The notes beneath the pieces were generated by a model, which did not search any database, had not been told where the DNA came from, and saw nothing but the letters and a program-made list of their open reading frames with translations. A stretch of DNA of 64,000 bases, taken from positions 23,684,001-23,748,000 of the forward strand of contig CM022672.1 of assembly GCA_012295275.1 (NCBI GenBank). The letters are read 5' to 3'. The translations under genes were made by a program, and so were the position numbers. Numbering within the stretch: position 1 is the stretch's first letter; the number at the start of each line of letters is the position of its first letter. Below, piece by piece: positions 53,487 through 64,000 of this stretch. This stretch comes from Chrysomallon squamiferum (taxonomy: Eukaryota > Animalia > Mollusca).

Positions 53487-54184
53487 TCTACCAGTTTTGA
53501 GATAGAGAAGAAAGGAGTAAACTTTTCCCTTATCTTTATTAACTGCAGTATCTGATACAAAAATTGTGTGTTTATTCTTTAAATGTTTTTTTTTTTTTTT
53601 TGACTTTAACATTGACTTTAACATAATCAAATGTATATACATAATGATCGTGTGTTTGTTATACACATCAGAAATATACACTGACTAAAATATCTAACTA
53701 AATAAGATAATACAGGTGATATGTAAGATATATTGCATTTAGAATCTGTTTTCGACAAAGATGTATACTGATTTTCTGTAGTTTATTTTCTAGTCACAAA
53801 TGGAAGTGTGAATGATAAACTTTACAACCTTACTGCATGGGTTGCTCTCAGAAGCTGAGGTTGACTGATGTTGAGTTTAATGTTGTGGACTGATGTCAGA
53901 TTTTATAACTAATTATAAATATTACATTCTGTTTAAAGATACTGGTTCATAATAAGCATTTACATTTGTAACTTAAGTCCAGAACTATTTTTCTTTATTA
54001 CCTAGAAAGGGTAATTTTAATATTTGTTTTCACTGAATAAACAATTGACTAGTAGACTTTTTATTTGTCTGATACTTTGTGAATTTAAGAATATATCTGT
54101 TGTAAACATTTAGTATTAAAATACAACATAACGTCAATTAATATTGGTATCTTAAAATGTAACCATTTTCTCAGTAAAAGAATA

Positions 54185-54230
<46 letters not shown>

Positions 54231-54687
54231 TAAAAACCTTGCAGAAAACTACATTTTTAGATAAACTGAACAAAGATCACTAAGATATCCAAGTGTCTAC
54301 ATGAAACAGTGACAGTTTTGTTAATGATTTGTAGTATTAAATCTTTCAGAAGAGATCAGTCGTAATTCTGCTCTAATATTATTGTCAGATTTATTTTTCT
54401 TGAACTGGGAAAAAAAATCAGAATACATTTTAATGAAGCAGAAAGGATTATACTATTTTTGTTTTGTTGATCAGATAATTATAGTTTTAAATAATGTTTT
54501 ATGATGGTTTCATAGATCTCATTTAATATGTTTTGGAGTAGGCTTTTTTTTGTATTGTTGTTTTCAGATGAAATCAAGAATGGATGTATCCATAATGCCT
54601 TTTGTTCCTCATAAAATACTAACACAAAATAAATGTATTTTATTTATATAATATACAGTTTTGGTTGGCAAACAATTATTTTTCTAT

Positions 54688-54725
<38 letters not shown>

Positions 54726-54835
54726 TTTTAAAGATAAAATTAATACTCAAGGTTTTTAGATAATATTTTTTAATAAATTTATTTTGGTGTTACAACAGTT
54801 TTATTTTATTTTTATTATCATTTATTTATCATATA

Positions 54836-54867
<32 letters not shown>

Positions 54868-54922
54868 TAATGCCTATGAGCTACATTGTAACTAGTAAGA
54901 TAGATATTTCTAAATATATATA

Positions 54923-54967
<45 letters not shown>

Positions 54968-55795
54968 AGAAATGAAAACAATATACTCAGACAAAATGCT
55001 TAAAAATACCAGTTGATTGTCAGGTTGTGAGTTTCAAAATGTTACCTACATTGTTTGGTTAAAGTTTTAATTAATGAATAAGTTTATTTTCTTATTTATT
55101 TATTCATATGATCATAATTTCCTTTTTTCCTTCTATAATGTTAAAATCCCTTGTATGGTTGTGGTTATAATTTCTTTGGTTAACTTTGTTCATTGTTTTG
55201 GGAAATGGTTTGTGTTTTAAGTTGTTGGTTGTGGATGCAGTAATTTTATTAAGAACTGTTTTTTTTTGTGTTTTTTTTTCTTCTTCGTTTATTAAACATT
55301 TTCTTTGATAAACTGGTTTCTCAGTTAAGCTATAACAAAAATGACTGTTATTTATAAGAAACATAAAAGAAAAAAAAAAAATAAAGAAATTACCTATAAC
55401 AATAACAACAAAGCAAATCATACTCAAAGATATTAATAGGTTTCTGGTAGATATGTGGGATAGGATTGTCTAATTTTTATTTTTATTATTATTGTTATTT
55501 TTTTATTATTATTATTTATTTTTTTATTTATTATTATTATTATTTTTATTTTTTTTTTTTTTTATTATTATTATTATTTTTTTTTTTATTCGATTATAGA
55601 AATAAGTTTCACAAAGTTGCACTATTCTTCCATAATTATTTATAAAATAGGTTACTTCCCCTAGAGTCCTCGAATTAACGAAACGTTTTCATCAAACATT
55701 TTGGGTGTTTATGTTGTTATTAGTTTGCTATAAAGTTTCGTTTTCAGTTTATATATATATATATATATATATCCACACCGTAAATAAATCTAAAA

Positions 55796-55796
<1 letters not shown>

Positions 55797-55848
<52 letters not shown>

Positions 55849-55873
55849 TAGTAGTAGTAGTAGTAGTAGTAGT
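55797..55873. repeat. (TAG)n microsatellite
   Basis: Seen directly. Confidence 0.97.
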
Positions 55874-56906
55874 AATAAATGGATAAAAAGACAAGATAAT
55901 TTGCTCTGTATATTTTCTTTTCTAAATTATTATTATTATTTTTTTTTATCTGAGTCTATTAATAAAAGTATTCAAAAATTGTTACCAAAACAATTACTTG
56001 CTTGTTTCTGTGTCTGAGGTAAAAATTAATTCTATTCGGGGTTGTTTTTTTTTTTTTTTTTTTTTTTTTTGTTTTTTTGGGGGGGGATTTTTCTGCGGGT
56101 TTTTTAATGGAAAGAAAAGAAAAATAAAACAAAACAAATAAACAAACTAATCAAAATGAATAAATAATCAACACTGAAATTAAAATTATATTAATATCAA
56201 ATAGGAGATGAACACATCCAAGTCAAGACAGTTAGGCTTTTCTAACAGAAGCAAAATATGATGTTTAATATATGAGTACTTTTTGGAACTGGAAATAGTT
56301 CTGTTGATTCAATTATGAAGATGAAATCGTAATGCAACTATTAAGCTAAATCCATCCTCAGGAGAGAATTCGGTACTAAGCTTCAACTCGTTCGTTAAGA
56401 AATTAATTTCTTTCAGAAAAAAAGAAAAATAATAATAATAAGAAGAAGAATAATTAATGAAAGAAATACGAAAACAAACTGGACAATTATCACCTCGTTA
56501 AATAAAGTTCTGGCTGGGGGATAACTCAGCAGGGGTTGGTGATAAACTGGATTAATACTGTGATTGATCTCATCCCAGCCCGGCATACTAATCAAGAAGC
56601 TGTTAGAAGATTAGAATTACTATTTCTTTTAACGATTAAGTTATCTTGTTTCAACGTATTTCGGTCAGTGAAGAAGTGAAGACATTTGTGTGAAAAAAAA
56701 AATTAATGTCTGTATTTTATTTTTTTTTTTTTTTTTTTTTTGTGGTGATTTAATTTGCTGTATATTTTTACCTGGTACTTTATCTAAACTTGGATGTAGT
56801 TTCTAATACATATTTTAAAGTTTCATCTATAATATCACTTATTTTTATATTATTATTACAGTTGTTATTATTATTATTATTATCGTCGTAGTCATCATCA
56901 TCATCA

Positions 56907-56972
<66 letters not shown>

Positions 56973-57589
56973 GAATATCCAGTCTTGTTCGAGCTGCTAA
57001 AACTAATTTCTTCCTATCTATGCATATTTTCAGTAAGTGGAATCAAAAGCTGCTTTGACAATAATTTGTAATTTTTTTTTTTCTGAACACATCAGAATTA
57101 ATCTAAATAAAAAATGACATGGAACAACATTTGTATGGTCAGTTATTCCTAGCTTCAGTTTATGCGAATGGACAAAAATACACTGATGTGCAAGTTTGAT
57201 CAGTTCAAATGAAAAAAACCGACATTGGCTAATGGAAAATACATCCAGCAGGTAACTCGTAGAAATGACAAGTCGACGTTACGGCGGCTTCAGATTGATC
57301 ATATGTCAACAACAATAAAGAATCTGATTGATTAAATAATGACTTTATTTCAGTCCGTCATAAAACCCTTACGCGTTTGAAATGATATCGTACTGAAATG
57401 AGGCTAACGCCCACAACGTCAGAGTCGTTTGATAAGATGATCAAGCAGAAATGTTTTCCCTATTAACTTACTTTAATTGCGCAACAACACACGTCAAAAC
57501 AACATTGCCGCAAAATGGTAGAACAAAACATACGGATATTTTCATATTTCTCGTTGAAACAAATTACTGTTGTTTATAATGATGACGAA

Positions 57590-57880
57590 AAAGAAAGAAA
57601 TAATTTAGTTAATGACACATTCAACATATTTTAATTAAGGTTATATGACATTATAAATAATGATTTAATGACATAAGAGTTAATGAGAGAGGAAACCCGC
57701 GTTGGACTACCATTTTTTTTTTTTTAAACTATTTTTAATTAGCGGCATAGAGTAATATACTTCACGCATATTCAGAGACAGGATAGCATCTTCTTTATGT
57801 GTTTTAATAAGTCAGTTGGAACGAGAAATAACGTAAAGGGAACGCCGAGGATGTCTGATCGAAGTTGGTTATGATTATGT
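57590..57880. mobile_element. Degenerate SINE-like interspersed repeat
   Basis: (GAAA)n-like end, gagagaggaaacccgc, gacaggatagca, tggaacgagaaata. Related to 36925-37200. Confidence 0.45.
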
Positions 57881-59406
57881 TGTTACGTTTTACTTTATGC
57901 CTTATTGTCCTCCCTTCAAAAATATTTTAAAAGACACGAAACTAAACCCCCACACTAAACATCTTTTTAGGCCCCTCTCCTCCATCCCCAGAAAGAAACA
58001 TATGAGTTAAGGAAATAAGCATCAGAACAAAACAGCAAAAACCACTCAATCATCATTAAAATACATGGATATAACTGAATAAACTTGGAACCTGTACGTT
58101 CTGTTTCGTTGTTTCGGGAACAGGTGTAATTGTTCGTATAATTGAGCTGTTATTGGTGTTAGGTGATGTACGTGGGATAAATTGCATGAGAAATCCTACA
58201 GCTCATTGAGGAAATGAAAAGGCGAGAGAGAAAAAAAGCTTTAATTAATAGTATGTGGGCGAACAACGTTTTATTGAACAAGAATAAAATTAATGTTCTT
58301 CAGCAATAATGTTCACACCGTGAAAGAAGTGAAATTCATTAGCATCCTCGAACCACAAGGGTTTTGAATTAAAGTTATTGTCTGTATCTGGGGGGAAATG
58401 CTTTTAAATATTTCTACCAGAGGTTTGGTAATGTATAACTGAATTATTTTAATGTACTGCACGATGACTTGATGGCAGTTTTAACTCAAAAGTTTTGATA
58501 TAAAGGAAAGGAGAAAGAAAGAAAATATCTTTAAATATAAAATTTTAGTTCTCTCTTCTGACAGACTTTCCTGTCTTACTCGCTTTGTTGTCTGTCTCTC
58601 TGTCGTTCTGTTGGTCTATCTCTGACATTGGCTCTCTCTGTCTGTTTCTGAATGTCTATGTCTGTCAGCCTCTCTCTGTCTCTCATATATAGACAATGCA
58701 GGACGAACGAACAGTTTCTGATATTTACAAAGTTTTATTAAACCAAATTTTTCATTAAAACCCGCATATTGGTTTGAAATAAAATCGATTTGTCCAAGAT
58801 TCGTACTGATCCACCAATTCTATTCGTAAAAGAGGTTTGAAAATTAAGAAATTTAATATTTATTTATTTTGTAAATAACTATAGATCTGTAAAGGAAAAT
58901 AGAGAAAAAAAAAATAATAATAACCTTACTGTATAAATAATGATAACGACGACGGTGATGATGACAGGATAATATTGATGACGATAAAAAAAACCCATTA
59001 AATTAATAATTTGACCTTAATATATAGGACACAGTGTTCTGATTTAGTCCGTGTAACCTTGATTTTGTTATTCAAAGAAATAAATAATACTTGAACGTTT
59101 CCTTATTTTAAGAAAGAATGTGGGTCTTTTTTGTGACTCATTTCAGGCCGATTTTCTTAAAAGTCAATTGAAGTAACAAACAAACAACGCACTGAAGTGA
59201 TCTTCAGTCTGCATTATTGCTTTTCCGAAGGCAAATCGACAGCACCCAAGGCAAATCGACAGGAAAAAGTCTACTCAGACTATTTAGTGGAAAATGTCAA
59301 AATGTTTAAATAAAAAAAATCAGAACGAATGAAATAAATCATTTTCCTTTTAAAAGTGTAACGGAGAACTGATGGTGCAAGTCCCTGGATTTCTACTTTC
59401 CTCCCC

Positions 59407-59512
<106 letters not shown>

Positions 59513-59937
59513 GGTATTCTTTTTACAACTTATTTTATATATTTTTTTGTTATTATTTTGCAATATATATATATCAAAATTAGCAACGACGTAAAAACAA
59601 ATAAATAAATAGATAAATTAATTAATTAATAACTACTGATACTGTATTACTACTACTGACCGGAGGAGAAAAAAAAAACAAAAACGAAGACCACAGAGAA
59701 AAGAACAACAATACGAAGAAAAGACAACAGAGAGAGCGAAATATGAAAGACTCATAGCTGTAGGGAAAAGCATCTGAAGATCTAAAGTAAAATGCAGTTA
59801 AATAGGAAACACACAGTTATTTTTTAATATATATTAATTTTACTCTTTTTTTTAATATCTATAACACCTTATTATTGATAACTTTCTTTCTTTGTATTTT
59901 TTTAATACAAAATATTTAAGATAAATAAACAAACAAA

Positions 59938-59972
<35 letters not shown>

Positions 59973-60115
59973 AAATCACACCCTCAATTTTCTACCAGTA
60001 TGATATCCGGAAATTTAACCTTTATGAACTAAGTTCACTCATTCAGCCTGTTAGTATTATGTTACCTCAGTAGACTGCTAGCAGTTTTATTTATTTATTT
60101 ATTTATTTATTTATC

Positions 60116-60200
<85 letters not shown>

Positions 60201-61833
60201 TATTTTTTGGGGGTGGGGAGGTGTTTACTACATTTTAATCTGATGGAAATAACTGGGACAACTAATCCACATTTTCTTCTCTCTTGACGCCATCTCGAAG
60301 TGGCTGGAACCACCATGACATATTCTGATCTTGAAGTCGTGTCCTTTGGTAAGAATAAATGTCAGTTTTGTAATCATGTATAATATCATCCTGACAGGAA
60401 AAGTTAAAATTATCGTACTTTTCGGATTACTAAGACATAACAAAATTGTTAATCCTTACCATTGGGATACTAATACTCATTTATTATTTATGACGTAAAG
60501 ACTTTTTTTCAGTGATAAAAAGGTAATTCGGTAGAAATCCTTCGAAGAATTTTTAAAGAGTTTGAAGACAATCTGTCAAATGTAGTCCCCAGCTACTCAT
60601 GTTTCTGTTTTTGTTCTTCTTTTTTTTTATTTTTTTTTTTTTTTTTCACTTTTTTCTTATGAAATTCGTTTTTCTTGTGTCAGTACATATCAAATATCAT
60701 GATGCTATGTAATCCTATAGCTAAATTTAAAAAATAAAAACACATTAGCTCATCCTCTTTCAGTTTAAAGCTCGAATGAACAGAAACCTTTATTATTATT
60801 ATTATTATTGTTGTTATTTTTAGTTGTTTTTGTTTTTAAGAAATTTTGAACGTTGTCTGTCAAGAAAATTTAAACTTTAATATATATTAGTTTATTATTA
60901 ATCGATTATGCTTAAATAATGATAAATCTTTTGCAGCTAATTACTTCTGTAATCTGAGGAAGGAAGTTTCTACAAACATTTTCTATAGTAGCATATTCCT
61001 ATAAGAGAGTAATCTGTTTAATAACATATTCGCATCTATAAACGAGTATTCAGGTTAAATTTAAACAGAAAATAAATTACAGCAAAAAGTAACAGATTTT
61101 TTTCCAAAACTTTCATTCTTGAATTGTTACACTGTATTTATTAATATGAATGTTATGACTTGCAGGAAATCTTGAATAGTTTAGCATCAGTAGATGCAGA
61201 TATGAAATATAAGTCTTTTAATCTCTTCTGCTGGTGAGTCTCCTGGTCTGTTATTTATTTATTTGTTTATTTATTTATTTCAGAGACTGCAAGACGTATT
61301 TGTTATAAACTGTCTTCAGTCTACGACATTATCAGTGTCATTGTGTTAATAACATATAAATGACATGTATATTAAGATGGGTAACTTATCCCCAATACGT
61401 TCTGTACTGATTTCGTCTTAAGTGGCCAAAATAGGGCTGTACTTTCGTTCGTCTGAATATTTGAAAAGTTATTTTGGTTTAAAATGCTAGAATCGAAATG
61501 ACTGTAGTGAACTGGAGTACAAAGTGAACGTTTTATTTTTTATATATTTGTGAACTTTATTCCTTTTATTTTGGTTCACTAGACAGCACTCAGTTCAGCT
61601 GGCGGCGATTTCGTTCATCACAGTAGTGCCATGCAAGGACAGCTGCTGTTCCCCACAGTAAATTGGTATCCAAATGTATGAGAATAACTAATACAATTTG
61701 AGTTCCTGACATGCATTAAAGTAATTTCTTATAATACATCATAAAGCTTATGGGATTCGTCTTTTTAGTTTCACTCTAGGTGTTGACGTGTTTTATATAT
61801 TCTGGCTGTGTAAAACTGTGCGTGTGAGTGTAC

Positions 61834-61918
<85 letters not shown>

Positions 61919-63114
61919 TATTTAACTTGTATTTCATTGAAAACAAATTATTATTTCCAGATTTAACCATGAGGCCAGATTTGTTTGACAAACGATTATA
62001 TTATTAACACGCTATGATACATAAAGGCTGATATGACTATTTTATAAACTGCACTTACAAATATTACATTTTTTTAAACTGATATGAAATAGCTCGTTGA
62101 AAGAATAATAACTAACAGGCAGTCCTGACATTTACTGTCACAGAGTCTAGAATTAATATAATTATAGAATATGATGTATTACTAATTACACTTAGAATTA
62201 AAGCTGCATATGCGAAGTAAATTTCATGTATCCTATTTTCATTTGATATATGTGTATTTATATGTGTGTTTAATATTATTATTTATTTCGGTATATTTAA
62301 ACTAAACTAATAAATTTTGACATTTTTATATCACAATTATTTTAATTTAAAAAAAAAAAAAAATTAAAATGTTTTTTATTATTTATTTTTATTTTTTATT
62401 TTATTTTATTTTATTTTATTATATTTTATTTTTTTTTTTTTGATGAGGCTCACGAAACAAATAATACATTTTAAAAAAAACAAAACAAAACAAAACATAA
62501 CGAAAATAACAATGAAATAAAAACTTCGCTAAAAATATACACTGTTAACTTTTAAAATCAAAAGCAGAAAAAAGCAACATTAAAAAAAAAAAAAAAAAAA
62601 CACTGCGTATTCTGCCCATCGTTTTTAAATAGTTTTATCCTTTATATTATAAAAGATCACAACATTTCATCTTCTAAGTTATGTACCCTTTTTAATATCA
62701 TTTCCACTCCTGAACAGAAAATACAGCTCTCTCGTAGTCTAATGAATAAGAGAATAAGCATAAGAATTTGTTGTAGGCCCTGAGATAAACAAAACAATTT
62801 ACGTACATCCATTTTAAGTGAACTGTTAAGTGCCTTGTCATGTAGTTTAACAAACACTTACATTTCCTTGATCTTTTGTTACAGATTGGTATCACTATTA
62901 TTAGCTATTGTTGATGATGATGACGATAATTATATGATAAGAATATGTTATATAATATATGTAACACATATTCTTAACACATCACATAATTCACTACGAA
63001 CATGGATACATTGTTATGGGAAAGGTGATAAAGACATTAAATCGGTTATATCGACTTTATATTTGACCTTACTATTTTTTCTGAAATTGTTGTGAGACAC
63101 CACACAAATGCATC

Positions 63115-63210
<96 letters not shown>

Positions 63211-64000
63211 AAATGTTTTATCCTAACGAGCAAAGTAAAAAATAATATATATCGTCTGTGTGTGCGTGCGTGTGCATGTGCGTTTGTTTGTTTCAGAACA
63301 GACTTAGAAAACAATGTGGAACAACAACAACAAACTACAGCCTAAATGTTTTTACTGTCATTTATTTCCTGTAATACATTTATAATTTATAACACTGAAA
63401 CATATATTTTAATATTGTATGTATGTACGTATATATGTAGGTATATAGGTGTGTGTGTGTGTGTGTATATATCCATAGCTGTAATAAATAAAATAGCTGT
63501 CATCTGTTACAAATATTTTATTGTTTTAAAATATCATACGCCGTGATGTCTCCTGGGTTTTTCATTAACTGTATGGAAATCTGTCATCTCAGAGAATTAC
63601 TGCAGGCTATGCTCCCGTTCTCTACTTTATCATTTACGATAATTTAGTGGAAAACAAATCTAATATTTTAAAATTAAGCTATGAATCTTGAGCGATGGTA
63701 TTATTATTGATCTGAAAGGCACACTCTCTTTATCAGCATCTCTTCTTCTGATTACTTATTTTCTTCTTGTTTGGATCTTTGTCTCAACATATGTTTATAA
63801 GTTTATTGTCTGCTTGTAATTATGTAGGTGGAGACAGGTGTCTTAAGGGTATGCTGCCAACTTCAAATAAAATAATTAAATTATCGATCGGCATGCAATT
63901 CTAGTGCAGTTTCCCATCATGGGTTAAGTTAGGTGCTGGTTTGTGCTTACATACGCTAATTTTTTTGTATTGTAAGAGATAATACTTAGCAAATAGAAAA

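Overview
AT-rich, intron-rich animal genomic DNA, probably a mollusc or other lophotrochozoan (inferred from gene and repeat content), with one 200-N scaffold gap at 21730-21929. Three spliced genes can be assembled by hand. (1) Minus strand, ~30321 to 9864: a large protein with PARP14/PARP9-like macrodomains joined in frame to a C3HC4 RING and a Deltex C-terminal (DTC) domain, with no PARP catalytic or WWE domain recognised. A ~6-kb internal block encoding two macrodomains is present twice around the gap. The DTC has lost the residues used for ADP-ribose binding and ubiquitylation in DTX2/DTX3L. Upstream lies a triplicated ~0.95-kb module, each copy carrying a triple-GAAA ISRE plus a CRE-like site. 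(2) Minus strand, 37361 to 35328: a 137-aa C19orf12/Nazo-like protein. (3) Plus strand, 38385 to 53486, head-to-head with gene 2: insulin-degrading enzyme (HFCEH motif, N-terminal presequence plus second Met, C-terminal SKL). Bases 1-1880 repeat 33125-35170, suggesting another ISRE-driven paralogue just left of the window. The last ~10 kb shows no supportable coding sequence. A +1 homopolymer frameshift in IDE suggests indel errors in the assembly, so the other frameshifts need read-level checks.
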